A stretch of 64,000 nt of DNA from Glaucostegus cemiculus (taxonomy: Eukaryota), in assembly GCA_976551045.1 (NCBI GenBank), contig CDPCPM010000120.1:3100001-3164000 (forward strand), read 5' to 3'. Below the pieces are notes generated by a model that saw nothing but the letters and a program-made list of their open reading frames with translations, was not told the origin of the DNA and made no database searches. Positions 14,170 through 29,000 of the stretch are shown here, piece by piece. Each line of letters opens with the position of its first letter. Position 1 is the stretch's first letter. The translations under genes and the position numbers were made by a program.

Positions 14170-14500
14170 TTTTGCATTTAGAGGATTTAGAGATGATCTC
14201 AATGAAATTTGTCACATTATTTAGATGACTTGATGGTTTAGATGCTGAAATGTCAAGGGAGGCTGTTTCCTCTGACTGAAATGTCTAGAACTAGTTGGGG
14301 GTGAACCCTCGTGGGCTGAGATGAAGAGAAATTTCTTCACTCAGAAGGTGTGAATATTTGGAATTCTCTATCCCATGGGGGTTGAGAAGACATTGACGGG
14401 TGTTTGGGAATAAAGGAACCAGGGCAGAACAGTGGCAAAGACCCCCCAAAAAATCAGCCTGTATTGAATTGAATGATCAGCAGGTTCAAGAGGCCACTCT
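14170..14500 (+). mobile_element. CR1 LINE 3' end fragment
   Basis: gatgatctcaatgaa (GDLIE-like), ctgtttcctctg, gagatgaagagaaatttcttcactcagaaggtgtgaatatttggaattctct (EMKRNFFTQ.V..WNSL-like). Confidence 0.75.
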
Positions 14501-14957
14501 TATTTTGGTCTTGGTGGTAGAGGTATAAAATAATGTGAATTATCAAAACTAAATCTAGTTTCACATTTCCTTAATGTATCATTTCAAATTGAAAGAGATA
14601 TTAGACTGGAAAGAGTGAATTATCTGTTCAAAGGTTTTTTTTAGGCTGATTGAATGATAAATATCACTATTTAAATGCCATCATATAACATGAAGTCATA
14701 TTGTTCCTCCAAAGAGAAATATTTTGGTTCTCTATTTAAAGTTGCATATTATAGTTCAATGATATTCTTGTTCAAACCAATACTGCCTCAATAAATATAA
14801 TATGCACTAATTGCTCAAGATTTCAGCTTTGCAAAATTTAGTTAACCCCTGGTGGAGAGCTGTCAAATTTCACTCGGCTAAAAATTATAAAGAGATTATA
14901 TCTTCAGTGACAGGATTCAAAGTTTTCAAATTAAGCTTTAGCAAATCTGAAAGTCAA

Positions 14958-15130
14958 AGTAGATGCTGGCCAGGTCAGGCTGCATCTGCGGAGATCGAGC
15001 TGACATTTCAAACTAAAGGTCCTTCATTAGGACGCTACTCTGTTTCACTTTTCAAAGATCATTCCTGACCTGCTAAGTGCTCCAGTATTTTCTGCTTTTT
15101 ATTTCAGATTTCCAGCATCTGTGTTTTTGT
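14958..15130. mobile_element. Penelope-like terminal repeat fold-back relic
   Basis: caggtcaggctgcatctgcggaga faces cctgacctgctaagtgctccag...atttcagatttccagcatct. Same family as copies at 1381-1425, 13525-13670, 15560-15600, 49277-49745, 53190-53290, 60230-60315 and 62530-62650. Confidence 0.6.
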
Positions 15131-15632
15131 TTTCAATCCTGAAAGTTGAATGCGCTGAAGGACCAAAGCATTTCGTTCCATGTATATTCAAAGCACTGGT
15201 TCCTGGGCAACTGATTCTTGATGCATAGAAGCAGACACATACACCTGCTCTCTCTCTAAACTACATGGCAAATGTAAAATGCTCTCAGGAAACCAATGAG
15301 CGATGTGAGGACTTTTATAATATGGACCCGTATTAGTTATAGTCCAGAACCAAGGTGATGTGAGGTTATTTGCCCCATGGCTCCAGCCGCGTTTGGAACG
15401 AAGATTAAAAGTTAGCACTCGGGATGTAGCTCCTGGTCTGTGGCATATTAGCATCTGTTTTTTATTGTCATAAAAGTAAGGTAGTTGAAAGCACTGTCTT
15501 GAGTAAGATTAATTTATGTGCACATAAATGGACGAAGGAAGAATGAAAACTGATGAAAGCATTCAGTGGCCAGGCAGCATCTGTGGTGAGATAAACCAGC
15601 AGTTTCTCCATGCAGCAATTTGCCACCTGACG

Positions 15633-15761
15633 NNNNNNNNNNNNNNNNNNNNNNNNNNNNNNNNNNNNNNNNNNNNNNNNNNNNNNNNNNNNNNNNNNNN
15701 NNNNNNNNNNNNNNNNNNNNNNNNNNNNNNNNNNNNNNNNNNNNNNNNNNNNNNNNNNNNN
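15633..15761. other. Assembly gap (N run); further gaps at 32828-32967, 50654-50845 and 56180-56307
   Basis: Read directly. Confidence 1.
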
Positions 15762-15869
15762 ACAGCATTTTACTTTTGTTCACAGTGAACGAAGTTTATT
15801 TGGGAATGAAACGGAACAGTCGTACGCACAGAACAAGATCGCTCGGTCAGCGAGGCTGTCTCAAGAATG

Positions 15870-16060
15870 TCGATTGAATGATAATTACTGGCCAAGATAC
15901 CAATAGAGCCGTGAGACTTTTTGTTTCTTTACATCCAGCGCTCTGATTTAACAGCTCATCCAAAACAACACTGCAGCATTCCTTGCAATAATGCACTGAA
16001 GTGCCAGTCTAGATTACATGTTCAGATCTCGAGTGGGCTGTGTGAATGTTGGCTACCACG
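15870..16060 (-). mobile_element. Deu-domain SINE (SacSINE1/AmnSINE-like) relic
   Basis: tggccaagatacc...tttaacagctcatcc...ctgcagcattccttgc...gcactgaagtgccagtctagatt is the reverse complement of the conserved core seen at 46490-46800. Confidence 0.6.
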
Positions 16061-17594
16061 CCGATTTATTCAAAATAAGTGGTTGGAATAGTTAAAGTAC
16101 CAGGAAAACAATCTCAGGCATCACTTTATGAATTCATATCCAAATATAGTACAACATAATTTACAATAGATAAATTGTTCAACTCATTACATTTATCTTT
16201 GTTAAATTTGTGTGCTATTTCTCTATCCTGACTCAATCTGCCCAATTAATTTCCTCGGAAAGTTTCTCAGTCTGATTGCCCCATTAAATCCTCCATCCGA
16301 TATCTGCATCTCACTGGTGAGGGAGCAATTATACCACTCGCTGCATTTGGTAAAAATCTATTTGTCTTGGCCCGATAATCCCCATTTCCATTCCCAACCA
16401 ACTATCAGCCAGTTACCTTTTAAAGGTGTTAATTAAACGACCAGTAGTTGTTCTCTTTCGGAGCCTTCTCCATAACCCCTCGATCTCTAACCTTGTTTAA
16501 AAGTTGTGGTAATTTTCCATTTGCAAATCACTCCAGCACTTAAGGTCCGAAAATAAATAACTTCCTTTTTTATATTGTCTCGGCACTTGAAGGAATTGAG
16601 TGGCGAAACAGAGTTTTAAAATATTGAAAGATTAAACTTGCATTGTTGAATGAGGTTGCCGGTAATATCACGGTTACACATTAAATGAAGCGAATACCAT
16701 GTAACATTTTGACATTTCAGGACAGGACGCTGCAGGTGAAAAGCGGAGGTATTTGAAATATGTAGCTGATGACAACGGAGAATGGTAATTGCAGTCTTGG
16801 TTGTGATTTTGACATGACAATATTTCAATGACTATGAGAGTGACCTCGTGTCTGTTATTGTAAGTACGGCTCTTGTTCCAGGTTGATTGCATTTATAGCT
16901 TTAAAATACATTAAAATTTGTTCTGCCAAGATCATATGTTGTCCCGTTGTGTCAATGGTTCGTGTGCCCACTCGGACAAAGCATGGATTGAGTAATGTTG
17001 AGATTAGATTCTTAAATTTAATAACATGGGCTATACGTTCAGTGGGTTTTGGTATCAACACTAAACTTCATAAATATTAAAAAAATCGCGATTGATCTGT
17101 CACAAGTTGACTGCATGTGAATTGCACAGGAACACTTGTAAATGTTGTTTCTGGGAAGAGTGGCTGTTTAAACACTGACCAATGAAACCAGTCTTCTGGC
17201 TCACACTGGAGATTCCAAACTTGAGTTAGACTGTTAGCTACAGATTGCGGGAAATCGGTAGCAGAGGAGCATCGGCAAACAGGTTTCGGCCACGCATCGA
17301 GCCGTGTTCTCTCCCACCAGTCTCGAATGTTTCCTGAAAACGGCGGGGAGGCTGCACGCCGAGAGAGGTAAACTTTCGACAAGGCTCCCACTACAACCAG
17401 CTAACGAGCAGAGACAAACTTGTGTCAAGTGTAAAACCCAGCTACGGCTATTGCAACTCCATGCTTTGTCACACCGCTCCCAGATGGGACAGGGCTGTGT
17501 TGCTAAGTTTGGCAGAGCTGACCCGTACACGGCTTCTGTGTTTAGACTTTTGCACGGGGCCCCATCTTACAAAGATTGTTTCAGTGTCACTGGG

Positions 17595-17596
<2 letters not shown>

Positions 17597-17648
<52 letters not shown>
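17597..17648. repeat. (GT)26 microsatellite
   Basis: Read directly. Confidence 0.98.
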
Positions 17649-17652
<4 letters not shown>

Positions 17653-20600
17653 TGGGAGTGGGATGGGGGTAGGATCTATCCCTATTTTACAAAATATATA
17701 TATTAAGATAGTTCAATGGACAACGGGGGTAGGGTGAACATATATTGAACAATTTATATTGAGGTTAAACCAAACATTAGAATGTCCTTTACTGTCGGAT
17801 GATTATTTTTAATATCACGGATACATGGTGGAATTTCTGGCATTACTCCGACTTGATAACCACACACAAAAAAAAGTGAATTGCAAACTTGACAGTGGAT
17901 TCAAGGCCGCCTTTCGGAACAAGTTCTGCGTCAGGTTGGAGCTGTCCTGCTGTTGGTTCTTCTCCACTCGGCGCAAACTTTCTGGCCCATACTGCTTAGT
18001 AATGCCTCAGATAGCCGCGGAAGTGCGGAGTGCAATTACATTTGTAACTGCAGTTGGAAGTGGCCCAGGTTCCCGCTGAAAACCGGAAACCTACCTGGGA
18101 GGTGTTGTGGCCCAGAGTGTCAACACTGTCGCTCAAGCAGATTCCGTCAAGGCTGACGAGTTCTATCTCTTTGTGTGACAGGTGCTCATCGGGGAATGAA
18201 CTGGAGGACTAAACACGCAAGCAGATTTTCAAAAAAAGGTTTTTTTTTCTATATAAAAATTGTACAAAGAGACACGAATACAAATATAATTCTGGTAAAG
18301 GTGCAATGGGGAAATTGAAATTAAAATGAACAGATTTTTTTCAATTGAAGTATTAAAAGTAAGATTTTAAGTAATTGGATAATAGTTGTACATTTATTGA
18401 GAAGTCAGAGTATTCCCCTCAGTTTGTGGACACTGTAAAGAACGGAGATGCTGTCCGGGTCGGGGATATCACCAAAAGAATTGGAGGAATAGGGAGATTT
18501 TTTTTAACTTTCTGTAAGAAAAATGAAATTATGTTTTGCCCACCCTTTATATTTAATATAAAATCGCGAAGCAACGCGCATTCTCAATGTGTTGTGCTCA
18601 CTATCCCTCTTGTTTAACGCCGACGTTATAGACTCGATGCCTGAGATTTTCTGCAATGTTATCTCTGGAGAAGTTGGTCGCATTTCTTACAGTGAGTTGA
18701 GCAAAGACGCAATCTGCCACTTGGTGACACTAAAGTGGCGCGGAACAAAGGCTTCCGCCTTTACAAAGATCACAAGATGCGAGTGTTGCGATAAAGACCG
18801 ACTCAAGCTGCAAAACGGGTCGAAAATTATCCCGTTTGAAAATACGAATTTATCTGATATTTGTACCCTATTTTAATTACTTCTTGTGCTCTTGGTCTCC
18901 CGAAAAGGTGATCGACGGTTTTTAATCTCACCCCGAATGTGCAAAGCATCCATGTCCTCCCTCTCAGTGAGAAATGTTTCACATTCCAGAGCAGCAAACT
19001 GCAAACCTCGTCCTATGTTGTTGCTGGGTGCCGGCTCTTTCCCGCAAACGAATGACGTGCGGCAAAGTCCCAAATTTCACACGAACACAAATCAACCAGC
19101 GCTTACGGTGCAACATTTTGAACTGTTTAACGACACGTTTTTTGATTTAGATTTTAAAATTTTATGTATTTAAGACATCTGAAAGCTGTCCTTAAAAACT
19201 GCATTACGTGGGTACTTCTTGGGATTTCTAGTCTTGGAATATTTTGCGCAATGTACTTCGGGAGTTATAAAGTACATGGAAAAATAAAGTTCATTGCTCA
19301 CTTATCAACTACCTCTGACAGCTCTGTTGTCTAAATAAAACACATTACCATTTTAAAAAGTAAGGCCTGCTGGCAGATTTCGGGTGTTCATTGTTGCTAT
19401 CAGATAGGGCACAAATATTGTTCATGATGATGACCGCGGTAAATGTGGCGTCTTCTCGACTGTTGAATGCATTCGCCATTCTTTGCAAGAAGCAAAGACC
19501 TTTAAGTAGAAACATTGTTGGGGAGAACTGGAGCAGATTATTATCACACTGGGAAAGGCTTTGGTGTCTTTGCAACCCCATCACAAACAAGGCCTGCCAG
19601 AACCGGGCAGGTTAGATGAGTGTTGCCCACTTCCTGACTGGAAACATATAGCAGATTGTGATCCCACCTGGATGGGAGCGGGACTCCGTGTCACCTCCAC
19701 TCCAACCACTGCTGTCCAACCCAAAGACAAATTAAATATTCCCGAAATGGATATTTTTACCACGGGGGTGGGGTTTGGTGGGGGTGGGAATCTTGTAGAT
19801 ATAAACATTCATGATAACATGGCTCATTTATCCAACAAACCAATTGGTTATCAATGGGAATCTGATGATGCTGCCTTGCCGGCCCTGACAGCGAGTGGAT
19901 GCAAAGCTTCCGTGAATGGGATCACAACATATGATTTAATCCATATTTCCCCCCAAAGAATGAATATCTATATCCTATCCCCCAGCAGAGCTTTCAAGTC
20001 AACACGCTGCTTCAGTTTAAATCAATATACCGTTAATTCAGAAGCGCATTTGAATGAATTTGCAAAGAAGTCGCTCGCTCTTCAAACGACCATCGTTTCT
20101 TTCGGACTCGAGCTGAACGCATCGTTTTATGTTGATCCGCTGATCGCTCTCACAGAGCGCAACACAAACCAAAAAGAAGTTGAGGACACAAAGCGCCGCA
20201 AATGCAAGGATCGCACGGCACAGATCGGAGATTGTAATGATTATTCGAGTGATAGGCGCGCCCTAATTCATCAGCGGAAAATACGGGTCGATTTTGAGTT
20301 TACTGAACACTATTGAGCAAATGCGGGATTTTTACAGTTGGCAACAGTCGGATCCAGAAAGTAGTTTACTTTGTGTTCATTTGTTTCCACTCTGCTGACA
20401 AGGAAATCTGAAATGAGTTCCCATCAACCTTGGGAGTGGAAACTAAATTAATAACACATCAACCCCCATAGTGTAATCTACTTATTGCACTTGGAGAGGT
20501 TTCCAACTGAAAATGAACGGAGTCTGGTTGTTTTTCTTTTTCAGCCAAAGAAAATCCAGGGAAACCGCCTCATCTTGTTATCACACAAACGGGAGCGTGT

Positions 20601-23600
20601 TGTTTGTTTCGAACTACTGGCTCTTCTGAAACAAATGCTTAAAGGATCCCAAGAGTGTAATTTCATTCCGATAATGCTCGTCTTACAGTTGACAGCGTCG
20701 GCCACGGGTCGCAATGAAATTACAAGCTCCCGAGTTCTCAGCGCTTCTGAACATAGAGCGGAGTTTGGGGGGGGGGGCGGGGGCGGCCGATTTTTTTCGC
20801 ATTTGGGTCGATATTTTGGTGAGGGGCAAGAATTCTGGTAGGAGTCAAGAGTGCAGAGATAAACCCTATGACAGGTGCAGTGACATCAACGCCACCAGCG
20901 TATCCAGTGAGAACAAACAGTGAAAAATAACGACGGCCTGACAGCCCTATGACCGGGACTTGCTGTCCCGCCATTGCCCCGACCCCCACCTCCAGAGTTT
21001 ATACAATGAGGTGGGGAAATGGGATCAATGGTAGATTCAAGCAACGCAAATTTGGGCACTAAATTTTGTCGGCCCGCCCCACAACAACAAACGCTGTAAA
21101 GGGAAAAAGATGTTAACAAATGGAATGAGATTGCGACTTTCTAAATCCAAAACATGTATTTAGAGTAGAGTACAGCCCCGAAAAAAGAAATCCGATAATT
21201 GCCAGTCGCTACCCATGGGTCTGAGTAGTGGGCCTTTCATTGTTCTCCACCCCCACCCCCTCACACCACCCCCTCACCGGGCGAGCTTGCTCTGCTTTGC
21301 AGTCCCACGGGTACCCAAAGACTACGAATACCCAACAATAATTATTCGCCTTCTGAACCCAACACGCCGGCAAGCGAACTCCCGGGGGAGTTATCTCCAC
21401 CTCGGCAAATCAACTCCCAATCCCATATTCACACCAACATCGTTTGCTGATCAACGGCCAAGGTAGAACCCTGCCTGGGGTGCCATGATGTACAGAACAC
21501 GGGTGTAGACTGGGGGTGGTGGGCTGAGGGTGGGGGCAACCTGCGACCTTATTACTCTACACAAAAGTGTAAAAAAATAATAATTTGGAAGGAACTTGCA
21601 CTTATGTAGCACTGCTCACGAATTCGCCACGTCTCAACAAGTTGCATGCACCACACAGCGCAGTGCCTCCTTCATTGCAGTGCTTTGGGAAATTTGGGTC
21701 CAAATATTTACAACTTCATTTTCAATTAATTCAATAATTTACGAAGCGCATCGTTTGTTTTTAAAGCACAATTTCGATTCTGGCGCTGCTCAGTTCGTTC
21801 AGATAACTTGAGGCACCACATATATCCGGGCTCATATACTCAGTGAGTGCAAGTCTCATTAACATTATCCAATCTAACTATATGTACCTGATTGCTTTTA
21901 AATTAATGATGTAGAATGGAGTGTCGGCTAGTAACTGAGCAAAGGTACAAGCATGAGAACGAAAATGAGTGTGATGTAAGGCAGAAAGATACATTTAACA
22001 TGACAAATGTACCGACCGATGTCTAATGTCCCGAATAAGGACTGAAGGAGCAAAGTATTGGGGAATGTTGTTCCTCCTGCCTTCAAGCCATAATAACTCC
22101 ACTTCTGAGAATATGGTCAATCAATATGCACTAGTGATTTACTCGTTAGTGAGCAGCGCCGTCTCCGCCGTTAATGGGATTAAAGTGATATTCATGGTTA
22201 TCCACTCTTTCATCCTCTTCTGCCAGCGTTTTGTTGTAACTGTTTTGTGTGTTTTCTTACTTTGAAATAGAAATTTAAAATTAAACAACTGTGCGACATT
22301 TTGCATTTTTACATGCCTGGTGATATAAAAGTGAATATCAACCCTCCCACAAATGTTTATTTTCCATTATTTACCAATCAACGCTAGAGTTTTTTTCTGG
22401 GTTACTGAAGGCGAAAGGAGCTGTATTGGCATATTCTATGCTTTCCTGCTGATTCTGGAAACGATTTATTTTCCGTGGGCTTTAATGAACAATTTTCATG
22501 CTGTGGTTGCTAAGTAATGAACTGGCTCATCACAAATTTCAATACGACTGTTTAAATATTTTTGTTTCATATACACCGTCTACTTTTGCAAACTGTAAAT
22601 ATTTATGAAGCATCAAAGCTAATGTTATTACATATTAGCGGTATTTGGTATTTATCTCATATACAATACATTAGAGTTGAGACGCCAACCAGTGGAAACT
22701 CCAACTTGCGGCGAATAAATGTGAGGGTTTCCACTAGATGGCGTGCCTGTATTGTTTGCGAGCTGGATTTGGAGCCGTACCGCATCATATTGAACCTGAC
22801 TTCGCGACTAATTAAATACTCTTTGTTTCCATCGTTGAATCTTGGAGCGCTGTGCTAAAATCAAACATTGTTTTGCTAAAATGTTATACAACGCTTGCAA
22901 CGATCTCAGTCAACGCCACATATTGTCAAGAAGACATAGCTTAGCTACAATTACTGCATCAGCGTCCAATTTCGTCACCCTAAACCTCCATTTGACGGTT
23001 TTGGTCGCCCGTATAACGTTAAACTATTACCTAATTACACCACAGCAGATGATCAATATTGAAATTTCGTTATTGATATAAACAAACTCCAACTCGCTGT
23101 AAACAGTTACAAGGCAAATTTAAGTTTTATCTTTTAGCTTATCGAATAATAAGCAAGTTCCTAGATGCTATGTTTCATAGAATCCTAGTTTTTCATCCTA
23201 AATGACTCCGTCGATGATGTATGATAAGGTTGATTCATAGATTACGGAAATACAAACGTTTACACGCCACTTGGGAATAATAAAGGATATGAATTTGTTG
23301 AAAATGATGCGACATTGTCTATTGTAGCATTCGTGGGATGAACTGTTTTGGCGAAAGGCAATAGCGGCAGTAATCTGTAGTTAGTTGCAGTGCTTTGTTT
23401 ATGTTGTGTACTCTCAGCACAGACTGTAACCTTAGCGTGTCGAGACAAGCAGCTCATTTAGAAAATGTGCTGAGAACTGCCATAGGTAGATACAACAGAA
23501 AGCTTTGTCACCACCGCTCCGACAGTCACTGCGCTGCTGATAGAATTCACTCTAATATTGATGATTATTCATACTGGTCTTGTGAAAATTACATCAATAC

Positions 23601-26026
23601 GAACGAATCGCAAATGAGAAAATTATCAAAATCGCTTCTAAGTAAAATACTAAACTAATATGTTGCTGATATTGCTACAAAATTTTATTTCTTTATCTGT
23701 GTATTAAAATTGAAGCTTCGATTTCGGGGACAATAACTCATATTACAAAGCTGAACGGCTAAAAGGATATAGAAGTGTTCTATTCAGGCAATCTGTTTTG
23801 TGCCTCATTCCCGACTGATACTATTGAGTACTCATAAACAGCAAAGAAACAGAAAGCTGCTACGATGGGACACAGGGAGCCACGGGAGACGAGAACTGCG
23901 AGCGTGTGATCACAATTAATTTTCACACTTGATCGGCCAAGATATTGAAGTCATAACCATACAAAAATATTAAAGCATTCCCCTTCCTCTTTTAAAAGAT
24001 CGATTTTCACAACTGTTACTTCGAACAGTGGTATCAATTAAGTTCCACGAGAATTTGAAGAAGTAAGAATGGTTCAGTCAATACAACTGAAATAGTATTG
24101 TTTACATGGGGATTGATTTTTGTACCTAGTTTCTTTGTGCGGTCCTAGTGCCGTTTAAAATGCATGTAATATTGCGCTAGACAAGATGTTAAACAAGTAA
24201 TATTTAATATAGATTGGAAATATTTTAAGCTATATCGGAGTAATAGCAGTTTCCACATGTTTATTGAAACTTCTTTTGATCATAGTTTCCACGCAAGGAG
24301 ACATTTTGCAGATCCCTCCTCAAAAGAGTGCAGCGTTTTATTTAAAAAAAAGTATAAGCGTGAATAAACCGGATCATCTATTTCGTACGATTACATCGGG
24401 ATTTTATAGTAAATGGATTAGCGATTTTTCTTCGTGTGAAGCCCAATTGCATCATGTTGGGAAACGTCAAAGATATTTTTACCCGTTTAAATCCGATGCG
24501 TCACGCCAATTGCGATGGAAGTCAATATTTGAAATCATTTTGTTAACACGGCGCCTGCATAAGATCACCGGCTCATCATCGCTCTGTGTGCTGACGATAT
24601 CATCCGTGGCAGGAAACAGCAAATTGTAATGTTGCATTTGTCTTAGAGATGCAAACGCTGAGTTCCCATTAGAGCAAATTAAAACAAAAGATACGGATAA
24701 ATGATAACCAAAATATTTGGCACATAACGTCTTTATTTGAATACTTCGTAATATAAATTATATAAATATATAACATTCCCCACTTAAAGATAACAGCAGA
24801 AGTCTCATCCGTCGCGTATATTTCGCATTGGATTCGGTTAAACAATGCGAAATACAGCATATTTAGAGAAACAATTTAACTCTGAGCCTAACGTCGTTAG
24901 TCTGAATGCACGGGTCAATAATATTATTAATTATAGTTTATTTCCCTGAGAGACGGATTTCTTAGTTAATATTTCGCAGCCGCTGGGATAAATGTTTAAA
25001 AGATTGTGATAATGGAAAATTCAAAATCAACCACTTCGCCCTGTTATGGAGTGAGTGCAGGCTAACGGGGGAAATGAATATGTTCAGGTGAAAAAATGGC
25101 CCACATTTTGCCATATTGCATGGAAGCATTGTTGGAATCGCCCAATTTCCTAAGTGCCATATGTAAAAGATTTTTCCCCAAATCTCCATGTTCTTCGAAA
25201 TGTTTAACATTTAATTGATAATTGAGGGAAAAAAAATGTAATTCTTGCAAGACAGTGGCGGCCGGCTGCAAAATTCAAGACCTTAAATCAGTATCAACAG
25301 CAGTAAGTTGTTTTGATATTTGATCCTTTCGTGTAATCTTAGAAAAATACCACGATGCTGGCTAATTAGTAAATTATTCATCTGCATTACTTATTTTCCG
25401 AATTAGGCCCATATTATTTGTTTGACATCGCCAGATTCAGCACATTGCAAATAAGTTTCTCTCTTTCATCATTCACTTATATATTTTTTTCAGTGCCAAG
25501 ACCTTGTGCAGTGCAAATGCGTGATATATTATAGTGAATAACAAGCTGCGACGAAGAGTTACTCAACACCCCCACAATAAATGATTCAGTCTGATGAGGC
25601 GCGTTTATAGGGATTTAGAGATGTAAGGTCTGTGCACCAAGTAAATTCGGTGCTTCACAGCGATCGTTCGTCACCGACTAAATGCAGTGGTGCGATTTCG
25701 ATCTATGCACTTCGGGACGTGATATGAAGTATACTTCGCCACAGTAAAGAGACACATTCAAATTTTATGGACCACAATGTCACCATGCAAGCAATGCCTC
25801 GGTGATTTGTTGCATTCCGGCGATATTAAAATCAATTCAGCCCAATGCCGATTCCTTTGTTTAAGACGCTCCGCCGAAATTACTTAAATATTGTCTCGAT
25901 TTTAATTTTATTATTGAATACATTCAGTGATACCGAATTGCGTCAGTTACAGTAACTATTTACGCGGCGTCTTTGTTTGCGCGGGGTAACATTCAGATTC
26001 AAAGGTTCTCTTCTTGCTTTGAGTGC

Positions 26027-26028
<2 letters not shown>

Positions 26029-26068
<40 letters not shown>
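26029..26068. repeat. (GT)20 microsatellite
   Basis: Read directly. Confidence 0.98.
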
Positions 26069-26070
<2 letters not shown>

Positions 26071-29000
26071 CCCTGCAGTTTTCAAGAGAATTTCCCAGTG
26101 ACACAATGTTATGATGGAAAGATGCTGCAAATGACAGCACCGGTAAACGTTCATCTTAATCATCGGGCTCTTAATTTAGTTTGGTGCTGGTTTTTTTTGT
26201 GCTGAGCAGCCGCTGACAACCTACAGGGAGTTAATGAGTGACGAGGCATGGCTGCTGTACCAAATAACACTTTCCTGGTGCGAAGACCACTAACTGGGAA
26301 GTTTAGTTAACTACTGTTCTCGCAAACCTAATAATATAACCTGTAACAAAAACCCCAAGAAACATAAAGCACGCTAAATACAGAAACTTTCAATCACTAA
26401 TTATTAGCGCTTACAGTCAGTTAAGTGTGTGGTTAAGTTACTCTGATAAGAATTGAATCGCCCATGCCTCCAAAGCTCTCCCAACCAAAGGCCCGTTTCG
26501 ATCACTTGCATATAAAATGACAAACATTTGCCCGGGCCTCATTCACACGACTATATCTTTGTTCGGATTAAGAACATGTATATTTTTTACTTGTGAAATG
26601 AATAACCTTCACAACATTTAAGCGCAGTTCCCAAATATTCCAAATCAAATGCATCTCGATATTGCACCGCATTCATAATCATCATTTCTACTGTCCCGAT
26701 ACTTTATTCGGGACGTGCATGCTTCACTATTGAAATAATTCCAGGAGTGTCAGCTCTTAATCTAAATACAAAGTCTTCTATTTTTTCTAGAACAGGCCAG
26801 GCCAGTAAAGCTAATAATTATGAATCTTGATTGTAAATCCTGGGGTTGACTTTCCAACTTTATTTGACCATATTTACAAAACTAACATTTATTATACTAG
26901 CTTTAAATGCATGCAACAAATCTCCAGCATTTTGAATATGTATCATTTTTAAAAAGTCAGATCGTGTTTCAAGAAGTGCTTGCGGATACTGGAATGTCCA
27001 GTGACGGCCTGTGTTCCTGGGTCCCCCACCACACTGGGGGAAATGAAATACCCTGGAGTCCACTTCCACGTCAAGATCTCTTTTCATTGAAGGTCAAAGG
27101 TAAAATTCTGCAGCAGACACAAAAACAACATTAATTTAAAATAAACTTCATTTCCAAAACGTCAAAGCTTCATAAGAGAAACAAATAGTTACCGTTAAAA
27201 ATAAAGGCGTTTCTATAAATGTACTGTTTATTTAAAAAATGCGGTGCTAAACTTCCTTTCTTATTTGAGGGTCAAAGGGTGGGGGGAGGCGCTTGGACTT
27301 TGAATGCAATAATCATGCTTACAGGCAGCTCTTATTTTTTGTTTTCTTTTGTTGCAAATGTTTGTTAACATTTACGTTATTAGCTCTTGTTAATAATTAT
27401 TAATATTTTCCTTTAAAGTCTGTTATTTTTCATGGTAACTTCCATACGGTTATTTTGGCCTATACAGTGGTATTTAAATGAATTGCATATTCATTCTTCT
27501 AATTATCATCTATTTTTTTAAAAAAGTTTATTAGCTGCAAGCTTGTGATCCATTAAAACTGTAACAGCCATTTCCAAATGTGTAACCACTGGAGCAGATC
27601 GGAATCCCCAGAACAGATGATACCCTCTTTCTTCTTGGGCAAACTTTTGAAACTTAAATTATGTTAAACAAGCAAAATTGAAATATTGTAACACATCAGA
27701 ACAAGCACAACGTGCCTCGTTCTCTCGTTGCTCCAAAATCAGTGTGGAATACACATTTGTAAACGCCTCAAAATTGTTACACAGAAACGCTGATTTAAGT
27801 ACTGCTAAATCACAGCAACAACAGAGGTTCAATGCAAACAACAGCTGTGTCTATTTTTTAAAAACAATTCTATGACGACTTGTGCATATGAGCATGCAAT
27901 CAGCTAATCTCGTTTCTTTCGTGTTAATCAACACTTTCCTTCCTGCGTATCGTAGTACAAGGACTGTAGTTACCCCACATCAGTAAATGTTTATGTAACC
28001 TGTCCTTTCCCAGGAATCCAGTTACGCAAAATCATTTCATGCTACACTGAATAAGAAAACGAGCAGGGGTCATATTAGACTTTAAATATATACGGAGAAA
28101 ATAAGACTAGTTCACAATTTGCTTTATTTGAATACGTGCGCGCACCCACACATACACAACGTAGGGAACAATCTACGACCTTGCACAGATTTTACAGGTG
28201 ACCTTTTGGCCTCAGATTGTGTTTAAAAAAAAATCACATCGTGTTAAAATTGTGAAACCCGCTTGCCAACCTGTAAAACACAGTATACCTCAAAAAGGTC
28301 CATATATATAATTCATCTTAAATAATCTTAGGTTCTCCTCAAAGGTTTTGACTAATAAAAACGAATATATATAAATATAAAATATTATACATATTTCCAT
28401 ATCCGATTTGCCATGAAGCCCCAAAGCTCAAAGTAAAGATATTATTTTCACGATTATGCTCTTCGTCGTTTTGAATTGATGTTTAACATTGTGTTACAGG
28501 AATTCGAATAAAATGCACTGCTTTCTCTTGTGAAAGCGATACCAACGGCATCACTATGCGATATGGAGAAACACTGAGAGAATGCATGCTTTGATTTTAC
28601 TCCTGGTATATAACTGGGCTAGAATCCGAACTGCCTTTTATTTATCACATGTTTTACCACCAGAATGTAATCCGAAGACCCTGGCCGGCCGCTTGGTTCA
28701 GGAGTTCAGCGCACACAATGTCAGGCGATCTTCGTTTTGTTCTTTCCAGCCGTTTGTGTGGTTCGCGTCTAACTTCTTGACTCCTCTTGTCGTGTCCCTA
28801 TCGAAGGAAAGACCCCGACCCCAAAACAACCAGTAAAAACGCAATGTAAATGTCAATACTTTGCTAGGTCTTGCACCTGTAAGTGAGCTAGCTTGCAGCT
28901 CTGCGGCCGGGACAACTGCAAGGATTTGCACAATGACAAGCTAGTTTGTTTTTGCAAATATCCTAATCAATTCATAGCTAATATTTAAGACATGGAACAA

